NCBI GenBank assembly: GCA_020891255.1
Contig: BQFW01000004.1
Span: 744,001-808,000, forward strand
Source of the DNA: Entomortierella parvispora E1425
Lineage: Eukaryota; Fungi; Mortierellomycota
Direction of reading: 5' to 3'
DNA: 64,000 nt
The notes beneath the pieces were generated by a model. It searched no databases and had not been told where the DNA came from. It saw only the letters and a program-made list of their open reading frames with translations. A program made the position numbers and the translations under genes. Positions 13,254 through 24,005 of this stretch are shown one piece after another (within the stretch, counting starts at the first letter, position 1; each line of letters begins with the position of its first letter).

Positions 13254-14400
13254 GAAGCTGGTGTTGATATGGCTGGTTCTGAGTAGAGACCAAAGAAGGT
13301 GTAGCTACTGTCGCTGGCCATGCATTGTAAGTCATATTTCCTGAATTTGGCGAAGCTTCAGGGACTGGTGGCTGGAATGGAGTAGGTATATATTGTACAG
13401 GAGGCTGCGTAGTATGCTGCAATTGTTGCTGCTGTTGTTGCTGTTGGTACGGATTGGGCTGTTGTTGTTGTTGATGTATTTGTGGCATCATGACTGGGAC
13501 AGAGACAAGTCCTGTGCCTGGCTGATAGACATAAGGTTGACTTGCAGGCGCCGTAATCCTTTGCTCTGGCGTGATACCTTGTAGTGGCTGGACATAGGCA
13601 TTCATGCCTGCAGGCGAGTATCCTGGGCCTCCTGCATATCCAGAGACAGGGAGGGCCAAGGGTCCTGAGGGAGGTAGAGATCCGCTTTGATGGGTTGGAA
13701 ACGATGGTGAAGGCGATGCCATCCTTGCTTGGTGCAGCTGCTGCTGCAGTGGATATTGATGTGGTTGCTGCTGTTCCATCCCACTCAAAAGTGGCTCACC
13801 AGTTGAGCTATTGAGTGGTGCTCCTCCTGTTGGTGTCATAGCCCAGGACTGCTGCTGCCGTCTGCCACCTGTGTTTCCTCCAGCAATCGGGCCTGCAGCT
13901 GCTGCAGACCGCCTTTGAACTATGCCTCTATTCCCACTACTTCCACCGACAACTTTACGCGTCTGACCAAAAAGTCCCGAAAACAATCCTGCAAGACTGC
14001 CTCCGTTTCCGCCACCCGACTTTTCGTCATCGTCATCCTCGAGGGCTTCGCGTTTTGAGACAGACCTGTTGGAGACTTCCGGATAACCAGCCCCAGCGCT
14101 GTATCCTCGTCCAGAGACCATCAATCGTTCGCGCCGCTTCTTGAGAAGCATGAATCCCCCTACAATCGAGCCAATAAGGATGACGAGAACCCCAATGACA
14201 AGACCGGCTACAGCGCCTCCACTCATACCACTTCCACCACTTCCACTTTTACTGCCATTATCAGGTATCCAGGTCATTATTGGCTCTGCCGTGGTTGGGA
14301 GGGGACGCGTTATCTTTGCATGCTTAGTAGTAGAGGTTGGAAATGCTGGCAGTGGCGATAGAAAAGCAGTTGTAGGGTATAGAGGGGGAAAAGGCTCCAT
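11980..14400 (-). CDS. Hypothetical single-pass membrane protein with long Q/P-rich cytoplasmic tail
   Basis: Uninterrupted ORF; likely start MEPFPP at 14400. One TM (GAVAGLVIGVLVILIGSIVGGFMLL) followed by basic KKRRER, then poly-Q and Pro-rich low-complexity sequence. Confidence 0.75.
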
Positions 14401-15408
14401 GATGGAGAGTGAGGGTGGATTAGGAGAGGAATGGGTGAATGACGGCAAGTATGCACAGTTGCACGCGGCAAACGGCTGTTCCTTGGAGAGAAGAAGGGGG
14501 TGGGGCGAGGGGAGGACAAAAAAGAGTGAGAGAACGATTGAGAAAAGTGAATCAATACTGAATGAATGAAGCACTAGGAAGAGGAGGAGAAGGAAATGAG
14601 CGAGAAAAGAGAGTGAGAGGGAGGAAGGAGGCAATGCCATGTCGGTTCCCCTCGTCCGTCGCCATTACTGCTCTTTGTTCGTGGTCCCTCGTGTTCGGTC
14701 TAAGGGTGATTACAGTATGGCGCAGATAGCAGAAAAAGAAGAGCACAAGAGGCAAGAGGAAAAAAACAAGTGCTCTCTTCCTCCCCAGCCCAGCCCTGAG
14801 GCCAAAACACACACCAAGTCCAGCAGGCCAGAACAGAGACACCCAAGAGCGGGGATGGTGGCAATTCTCCCGGCCACAATGATCTCCACGATGGTCGACT
14901 ACAGGGTATTGCACAAAAAAAACCTGTTTTTGCTCACACATCGAGGACTTACACACTGCCACGCCATGATATTTTTCTTCTTTGGTGGACAGTCTAGGTG
15001 CTCGTTTGCTGTCCTAGACAGCTGAGGACTGCCACGACGACTGCCGGATCGGCCATAGAACTCTAGGCGAGTTGCATTCATGGGATGCGCGTCGGAGGTA
15101 AGTCAGTCTGCAGTGCACCCAGGAACAGCGTCGAGATGAAACAACCGAGACAGAACCCAGCAGTCAACAAACACTCGGCCACAACGCAGTCACTCTTTGG
15201 CGCTCGGGATCCCGAATTCGACCCATTGACCTTCAAACTGCGGTCCTACTTCCTTCCTGCATCGAACAGTTCCTCTCTCTTCGTCACCCCTTCCCTTCCT
15301 TCCTTTTTACCGTCCATCTTTTGCTCTCCTCCCCGTGTGAAAGCAATTGAAGGATAGTTATCGTTGTTACTGTCTTGCTTGTCGCTGTTGTTATTCCTTG
15401 CTTAAGCT

Positions 15409-17150
15409 ATGGTCTGCACCAACGCGTTCTCGGCGCTCTTTGCCAGGACCCTCCTCCGGGCATCTGCCCATGCATCACCCGTCCGGTCCCTGTCCTCCCT
15501 CGCTTCCACGTCCACTGCACATTCTCTTAGGAGCAACCTTCTTCCTAGGACAAGGATTCCTTGCACCAATGCCACCACTTCCGCATTCTCCTCTAAGGTC
15601 ACCTCCCAATTGATCCGTTCCAGATTCCAGTCCACAGCTGCATCAGCAGCTTCGACGACCACCAATGCTGCCGCTGCCGTTGCACCTGCAGCCGATATCG
15701 TCGTCAAGCCCATTGTCGGATACTGGATGCTTACTATCAGTGCTATGACCTTCGGCATTGTCGTAGTTGGCGGCATGACTCGTTTGACCGAGAGTGGTCT
15801 TTCGATTGTGGAATGGAACCTGATCAAGGGCATGAAGCCTCCTCGCTCCCAAGCTGAATGGGAGGAAGAGTTTGCAAAGTACAAGCAGTTCCCCGAGTAC
15901 AAGATGTAGGTTTATCTGACAGCAAAACAGTGTAGTAGCTTAGTTTGATCCGATCCAGGCAATCCCACGATAGCTGCCTTTGCTAACCTAGGTTATTTTA
16001 TTCTTCAACAACCAATCACAGCCTCAACCATGGCATGTCCCTGGAAGAGTTCAAGCGCATCTTTTACTATGAATGGTCTCATCGCATGCTCGGACGTGCG
16101 ATCGGTGCCGCCTTTATCTTGCCTGGAATTTTTTTTGCTGCCCGTGGAATGCTTTCTAAGAACATTGCTCGTCGATCCTTGATTATCGGTGCATTGATCG
16201 GTTTCCAAGGAGCCCTTGGATGGTATATGGTCAAGTCTGGACTGGACGAGCAATTGATGCAAACTCCCGGTGCTACCCCTCGCGTTTCCCAATATCGTTT
16301 GGCTGCCCATCTGGGATCTGCTTTCTTGATCTACACTGGCGCTTTTATGACTGGTCTCAAGGTTCTCACTGACTACAGCATTTCGAAAGGAGCTTACCAG
16401 GTAAATTCTACAGATCCGGTCCATTTGTTTTTGTTTGTTGAACAAGTACTGTACAATACTGATGTTTCTTCCTGCTCTTCGTAGTCTCTTGCATCTGCCA
16501 TCAACAACCCTGTCCTGAAGCGCTTCAAGGGAGCAGCCCATGGCATCGTTGGCCTTGTCTTCTTGACCGCTATCTCTGGAGCCTTTGTTGCTGGATTGGA
16601 TGCTGGTCTCGTTTATAACGAGTTCCCTCTGATGGGTGGTCGCTTGATGCCCCCTGTTGACGAGCTTTTTGACTCCCACTTTGTGCACAAGGACGATCAT
16701 CCTACCTTGGGTCTCTGGCGCAACATGTTTGATAACCAGGTCACTGTCCAGTTCAACCACCGTGTCCTCGTAAGTCATTGCTAGTATTTTCGACCGATAC
16801 TCCTTGTATGTCTTTGAGGAAGAAAGCAACGTGATTTTGACAATTATTCCCTGGACTTTGTTCTTCATCCTCGCTTTCGCTAGGCCACAACCACCTTCAC
16901 CGCCGTGAGCTCCTTGTTCTTGTACTCACGTGCCCTTCCCTTGCCTCCTCATGTCCGTCTGGGTGTGAATGTCTTGATGGGCGTTGCCTGTGGCCAGGTG
17001 GGACTCGGAATTGCGACATTGTTGTATATGGTCCCTGTATCGCTCGGTACTGCCCATCAGGCAGGTTCGCTCACGTTGTTGACCTCGGCCCTATATTTGA
17101 TGCACAGCATGAAGAAGATTCCTGTTTTGCGAAAGATCCCCTTGAAGTAG
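15409..17150 (+). CDS. COX15: Heme A synthase (cytochrome c oxidase assembly protein COX15), 4 exons
   Basis: Mitochondrial presequence-like N-terminus. Motifs [60 protein letters not shown]. Confidence 0.95.
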
Positions 17151-17704
17151 ACTCGTACCCTGTTCATTTTCAATGTAATTTATCATAATCACTCAGATCT
17201 GTTGGTACTGACGTGCGATTGAATGAAAAAAAGCGAAAGCAAGGGCGGTGGAAAGGGAGATCAAGAAGAGAGAGGAGGGAGGAGAGCGTGCGTTGTGAGG
17301 CAAAAGAGAAAAAGAAAGAAAAACGATTCATCCCCCGCCGCATTCTCCCACGAGGTGTCAGCAAATCGGAAACGGCGTGGCCCTGGGAACATGAAAATCG
17401 AAAAAAAAAAAAAAAAAAAACGAGTCGGTGACGTGCCACACGCCACTGAGGTCAGGGGAGGTCCGTCTCACTTTCTTTCTTGTCCTTCCCCCACTTTTTT
17501 CTTTCCCTTCTTTCTTTTCTTCCTTTCGTTTCTACCTCCACCCCTCAAACCGTCGCCATTATTCTCGCCTCAAGAAGAATCATCTGTCGTCTCGCTCATT
17601 CAGGATCAGGACGTCTCATCTTCAACAACACTAGCCAATCTTCAAGGACCTTCTTCCCACTCCGCTTCGCGACCTCACCTCATTCAACTCATCACTTCAT
17701 CACC

Positions 17705-19466
17705 ATGGCTGCTACTTCCAACGCTACCTCGCCCCTGTCCAAGCAGCTCGCTCGCTTCGAGGAGATCCAAGTCGGTGGATCTCAGTATCTGGACCGTCTG
17801 ACGGGTGGAGACCGCGAGGCTCTCCCTCTCTTGGTCCAGGTCGGCAAGCTGATCGATCAGATCTACATTCGCCAGCACTGGTCCGGAAACGAGGCTCTTC
17901 ATGCTCATATCCTTGGCAAGAACCCCCGCAATGAGAAGCTCGCTCTCGGTCTCCAGCTCTTCAAGGGTCCTTGGGGTCTGGACGAGGAGCAGTTCATCGA
18001 GTCCATTAAGAAGGGCGAGGATGGCTCCGAGGGAATCCACATTCCCCACGAGCCTCCACAGCATGGCAACTACTATCCTGACGATATTAAGAAGCAGGAG
18101 TACTTGGATTGGGTCGCTGGTTTGGAGGGCCAGGCCAAGGTCAACGCTGAGAGCTACTACTACGTGATTAAGCGTGATGCCACCACTGGATTGTTGTACT
18201 CTGTCCCTTACTCGAAGGAGTATGAGGAGTTCTTAGTCCCTGCATCTCACTTGATGAAGCAAGCTGCCGAACTTGTCAGCGATGCTTCGTTGGCCAAGTT
18301 CTTGAAGTCCAGAGCCGAGGCTTTCATCTCCAACGACTATGTCGACTCTGATGTTGATTGGTTGAGAATCAGCAAGGAGTCTGCTCTTGATGTCACTTGC
18401 GGACCATATGAGGTATGTACTTTTTGAGCAATGTTCACATTGTACTTTTTTTTTAAAGCTCATACGAAACGACCAAGAGAGCAAGAGCTTAGCCTCTTTC
18501 CGTTTCCTTCAATAGAACTACACCGACAAGATGTTCTCGATCCGCGCCGCCTACGAGTTCTACGTTCATGCTCGCGACTTTGATTCCTCTGCCATTCTTG
18601 CCAAGTTCTCTAGCCGTCTTCAGGATATGGAGGACCAGTTGCCCGTGGATGAACTTTACAAGGCCAAGGGTCTTTTCCCTCCCGCCATCGTCACGGTCAA
18701 CCAGCTGTACTCTGGCGGAGATGTTGCTGTTCCTATGACTGCTGCTTACAACCTCCCCAACGATGAGGCCCCCATCAAGATTGCTGGATCCAAGTTGGTG
18801 ATCATCAAGAACGTTCAGCAAGGCAAGTTCGAGAAGGTCTTGCTGCCCATTGCCCAGCAGGTTTTGGATCCTGAGCAGGTCAAGAAGATTGAGTTCGAGG
18901 CCTTTTTCCAGCACGTCTTGATGCATGAGGTTGCTCACTCGCTGGGTCCTCATTTCCTGGTCCAGGACAAGGAGAAAAAGGTCCGCACTGCTTTGGAGGA
19001 GTACCACTCTGCTATGGAGGAAGCCAAGGCTGATATTGTTGGATTGTATGCCGTTGGATTGTTGCTCAAGGACGGCACCCTTGCTGGAGGACCCGATGCC
19101 GAGTCTTTCTACATGACTTACTTGGCATCTGCCTTCCGCTCGATCCGCTTCGGTATCACGGAAGCCCATGGATTGGGTCAGGCCATGCAGTTTGAGTACT
19201 TGAAGGAGCAAGGAGGCTTCGCATATGATGCAGACACCAAGAAGTTCCGCGTTGTTATGGACAAGATTGAGGGCGCTGTTCGGTCTTTGACCACCAAAAT
19301 TTTGGTCCTTCAGGGCGATGGTGACAAACAGAAGGTCAAGGAGTTTGTTGACCGGTACGGAATTATCTCCAAGGAGGTCAAGCATGCTCTCGACACTCTT
19401 GAGAACCTCGGTGTCCCAGTGGACGTCTACCCTCGCTACCGCATTCTTGAGGATGGAACTTTGTAG
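17705..19466 (+). CDS. Peptidase family M49 (dipeptidyl-peptidase III-like), short HEXXH-pentapeptide type, 552 aa
   Basis: Exons 17705-18412 and 18516-19466. Motifs GNYYPDD, DVTCGPYE, AYNLPND, KNVQQGKF, zinc motif MHEVAHSLGP and second motif EEAKAD. Confidence 0.88.
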
Positions 19467-19590
19467 AACGGTCTTTTCAGTGTGAACGATCGATAGCATT
19501 TTGTAAATAAATAATACAGTAGCTCATGATATGCAAGTTCTTAATACAAATCGGATCTATTTAAAAGTGCCTCCGATGTGCGAAACATTA

Positions 19591-22007
19591 CTATCTACAC
19601 ATGCTATCATAGTCGCGTCGGGTCCTGCGTCCATAAAGCAAGTTGCTGGAAGCGGCATCAGCGTCAGTGGCGGCTGCCTTAGCAGCAGCATGGGCCATCA
19701 TGGCAGCCGTAAGTGCAAAAGCTGGAGGACTCATTTCTTCCTCACTACCAACGATGGGGTTGGTGCCTTCAAGACTAACCGCGCTGAGGTCGATACTGCG
19801 GCCAAGACGTATGAGGCTTCCAATACTGTTGCTTCTAGCTCGGGTCCGGTCTGTGTTGGGGTTCTGGTCACCGAGGCGAAGGTGACTTCCAAAACTGGCA
19901 CTGCGAGCATGTGCGCGGTCCCGATCTCGTCTGCCAGTGCGTTGCTGCCCTGGCTGCTGGTTGTTGGTGTGTTCACGAATTTGTGCAGCAGCGGTGGCCG
20001 AAGTAGAGGCGACTGAACCTGGGTCGGACTCCTGTTGATGTTGCCCGAGCGTTCGGCCTCGTTGAGAGGACGGGTGCAAGGCGTCGATGTCCATGGTGAG
20101 ATCCTCCTCCTTGTCGTCCGCAGGCATGGTAATGACGGTGGTAGTGGTGCCAGATTGGCTGTTCAAGACAATATCATCCACGCGGTCAATCAAAATCTCC
20201 AAATCCATCGCACCATTTCTCTCTGTTATTATCTCCCTTCTGGAACTGGACGTTGTCGGCTCCTCTGACTGGGCCCCGTCTAATTCGATAATGGTCGTAG
20301 TCAAGAACGCACTGTCTTCTCCCATCTCTGGGATGAGTTCAATGACCTCATCAACATCGTCATCGTCAACGTTCTCATCCTCATCAACTTCGTATTTATC
20401 GTTACCACCGACAGATTGACCATCCCGTTTCGTGAGGAGCTTTCGTCGCTCTTCTTGTTCCTGCATCACCTCATCCATGAATCGATTTGTCTCCTCTTCT
20501 TGATCCAAGGCTAAGGACAAGTTCACAGCCGCGGCCTCTGCATACCGAAGAACGAGATCTGTCCATTGGTCTGCAAAGAGGGGCTCGCCTCCCATGATGT
20601 TGGGATCGAGATCAATGTCCAGATCTGGGTTGGGCAGGTTTTCCCACTTCATCGGCTGCAAAAACTGGGACAATGTCAAGGTAGCTAAGACGGAAGCTGC
20701 CTTGGAGGTCGACGAAGCTGCATACCGTCCAAGACCATGACGAGATTCAAACCCTTGTTCATCCCCTTGCTGTTCATCGTCAGCAGATTCTGGAGATGGT
20801 GAGCTGGTAATGTGGCGACCCATAGGCATGTTTATGACTGACGAGGATGAGGAGGGGGTTGGAGTCGCAGGAGCGGGTGAGGTGGTCAAGACACGGGACG
20901 ACAACATGGCCTCCACAGAGTCTGTCTGTCTCTGTTGCTGTCGCTGTAGTCGCTGCAAGCGCGAGACGGACGTCAATCTGGTTGTTGCCGCATCTGGGGC
21001 CACTCCTGGAGCTAGGGTCCCAGATATCATCGGAGGGGTCATGGTGGGTTCTGGCGGTGTCGGATTCACTGGCCCTCGGACAAGCTCTTCGACCAGTTTC
21101 TTGAGGTCCATGCTCAGACGCTCCTGTCCGACTACGCCATCGGTGTGGAACATCCAAAAGTGACCATTGTTGGGTGCTTTGAGGCATTGCTGACAGGGTT
21201 GGGTGATATGATACCCGATTACGTTCCCGCAGACCTTACAGGCTACGTCCCGGATCCTGCACTTGCAGTTGGAAGTCGTGTAGTCCTTGTCGATCAATTG
21301 AACGCTAACAAACATTTTTGATAATGAGAGACAGATCCGATCATTACAGACACAACGGGATTGTTTTGGCAACTGATTCAATGCAAGAACACGCAGTATA
21401 CATACGATCCAGGTGGATGGTCGGTTGAGTACAGCTCGACCTTGGTATCTGCCAGGAGCATGGCTTTCATGCCCCGAAGGCAGACTACAGCCGAGCAATG
21501 GCGGCAGTCCATGCGGCAGACAATCTTGGATTGAGTATGTCCACCAGTTCCCGAGCCAGCACCATTGACGCTGCTGTAGCTACTATAGCTGGCGTTATAT
21601 CGGTCGCTGTTCCCGCCACCTTGGTAAGTGCTACTGTAACCGGTGTACCCGGTTCCAGGGATGTTGGTGGTCGTTCCGGTGGAGGCTGTCACATTCGCAT
21701 AGTGCTGATGCTGGGGAGGAGGATACTGAGGCATACGAGGTGGACCCGAATTGGCAGCGGTGGAGCTGTTGGTTGATGAAGTGGCGGTAGAGGTCGAAGC
21801 AGGCGCGACAGACGTTCGTTGAAGGAACCGGTTCGTGTAAGAGTAGCTAGGTAGGTCGGCTGGGTTGAAGTTGTAGGAGGTATTGAAGCTACTAGAGTAA
21901 CCTCTTGGAATACCCGTGGAGGTTGAAGTAGCGGGGCCTACTGAGTAGGATGGCGCGTAGTTGTTGGGATTGCGATGGAGATAGAAATCACGAATGCTGT
22001 GTGGCAT
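19591..22007 (-). CDS. FAM72-domain protein with low-complexity N-terminus and acidic C-terminal extension
   Basis: After splicing intron 21405-21305: CRHCSAVVCLRGMKAMLLADTKVELYSTDHPPGS|VQLIDKDYTTSNCKCRIRDVACKVCGNVIGYHITQPCQQCLKAPNNGHFWMFH. This follows the FAM72 signature (RGMKAxLLADT..STD.PP; CKCxxxDxACxxCGNxxGYHxxxPC; NNGHFWMF). Confidence 0.9.
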
Positions 22008-22535
22008 CTTGGCTGAACGTTCTATTCTCTTCTTCTACCCAATTGAACGGCTGATCCAACGATCCCAACACTAATAAAAGCAGAGAAAAGGGTGGAGGAT
22101 GCAGAGGATGGGATATCAGAACGTGGGGGAGTGAGTGAAAGAGGACTGACAACGGTGAGGTAAGAAGCAAAGTCTTTTTTTTTCTCTGACTCTTTTCGCG
22201 ATCACAAATCCCGTCACCCCACGCAGGTCTTCCCCACGCGTGAGTGGTCAGTGGGGAAGTCATGGAGAAAAATTTCTTTGGATTCAAACAAGAGACACGA
22301 AACGGTCATCTCGCAGGTTTCTTCCCACAGTTCATTGTGCGGCCCACTGGCTTTGTCGTTCATAACGCAGTTCATACCTCAGTGAATAATCGTTTGCACG
22401 TTCACGATGGACTTTCTTTACAAGATGTTACTTTATTTACAAAATGACAATAAAAGCACTTTCTGTCACTTCTAGAGTGTCTAGTTGTCGAACAGACAAA
22501 GTCAGACCCCTGTGCGCTGTCCTTCAACCGCTCGC

Positions 22536-22978
22536 CTATGAAACGGCAATATGGCTGGCGTGCTGGGGGTCAGCAGCCTGGGCAGGAGCCTTGGTCTTGC
22601 AGGACTTGCACATGTTTCCTTCGCGCTGTCCCTTGCTGATAACAATGCACTTTGAGCAAACGGGAGCCTCGCACTTGTCACACTGCATCAAGTGCTCTCG
22701 ATCCTCGTTGCATTTCTCACAGATGGGGCCACAGCAGTATTCTTCCCGGCAACTGTCGCAAACGACTCGAGGGCAGCTATTGTTATCAATTTGGAGTTCA
22801 GGTTAGTGCAACTCTTGAGAGTCCTCCCATAAAAAAAACAACAAGGAAGACAGAACAAAAAAAGCGACAAAAGAAGCAAATCATACAAACGGCAGGCTTC
22901 CTTTTCACCGGTGGCATGTCGTCCGCAAGCGCAAGACTGCTTGGCAATGTTGGCGGCTGCGGCTTCTTTTTTACCCAT
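22536..22978 (-). CDS. Uncharacterised 110-aa cysteine-rich (16 Cys) putative zinc-binding microprotein
   Basis: Exon 1 22978-22887, intron 22886-22777 (GTATGA...CACTAAC...ATAG), exon 2 22776-22536. Product: MGKKEAAAANIAKQSCACGRHATGEKEACRFCPRVVCDSCREEYCCGPICEKCNEDREHLMQCDKCEAPVCSKCIVISKGQREGNMCKSCKTKAPAQAADPQHASHIAVS*. Confidence 0.75.
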
Positions 22979-24005
22979 GGTGGTGGTGAGGACAACAGAG
23001 ATGGAGAGGAAAGGGGAACAAACTATTGACGGCTTTTGGGGGACTGGGTCCTTGAACGGGAAGAGGTAGTGAGGCAGGGATTGTTTTGTTGAGAAGATAC
23101 CTTTGGAAACTTGCACTCTTTTATATGAGGGTGCTGGCTTATTCTCTATAGGGAGGTCCTGGGGCACCATTCAGCAAAGATCGCGTGACACGACCGGGTC
23201 AGTCGAACGGCTATCCCCGTTTGGACGCTGGTCACTCGCTCATTGCTTGCATGGCTGCACTTGAAACATGCGCCACTTCTCGTGAGTGCCTCTATCGCGC
23301 CAATCATCTTTGGCACGAACTCTACGGGAATTGTACTATGCACAGCAGTACTTATGGATAGTTAGTGCAACAGCAACATGATGAATTCATGACACTTATG
23401 ACACTTGAGAAAACCATATTGTGCTTGACATCGAGGTGGGTCCTTTCATCGCTCCGAGTCCCCCTCTATAGACTGAATGCTGTACTTGAACAATTTTCCT
23501 CTCAATACAGCGTCTGGGGTGACAATGTATGTTCCCTATAGCTGGATCCTATAGTCCCCACTCTGACAGTTTTCATAGCACTCGCCTATTTCCCCTGTTG
23601 TGATGCGGAGTCCCTGGGACCAGGCTTTGTCCTTTGGCAGAAGAGCAGCGACTAGCAATCTCTGCAAGAAAAAAAAGGCGAGACATGGATTGGTGGCAAA
23701 GAAGAAACGAAAAGTTATTTCCAGTCACAATTTGCGAGGAAATAAAGCCATCCCATAACAACTTTTTTTTTTCTTCATCTCGCAGACATTGGCCCAAAGA
23801 CTGGCGGAAACCTCGCGGAGTGTTTTTGTTGTTCTAATTTCTTTGCCGTTTCTCTTTCTTTTTTTTCTTTTTTTTCTCTCTCCACCTCCTCACTCCCAAG
23901 GACCTGTCTCTTTTGTCAGAGTCGTCCGTTCTCCTATCCTCATCTTCACCTTTTTCATCCCTTCTCTGGCCCCCTCGACTTTTGGAATCAGCAGGAATCA
24001 CAGCA

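Noticed and set aside
14401-14640. In-frame upstream ATG adding a hydrophobic, signal-like N-terminus to the TM protein
   Set aside because: The F/L/S-rich translation is what a CT-rich leader or promoter yields. Kept only as an alternative pending TSS data.
18489-19499. 336-aa antisense ORF opposite M49 exon 2
   Set aside because: Same codon-bias shadow effect; it coincides with the sense exon and has no recognisable motifs.
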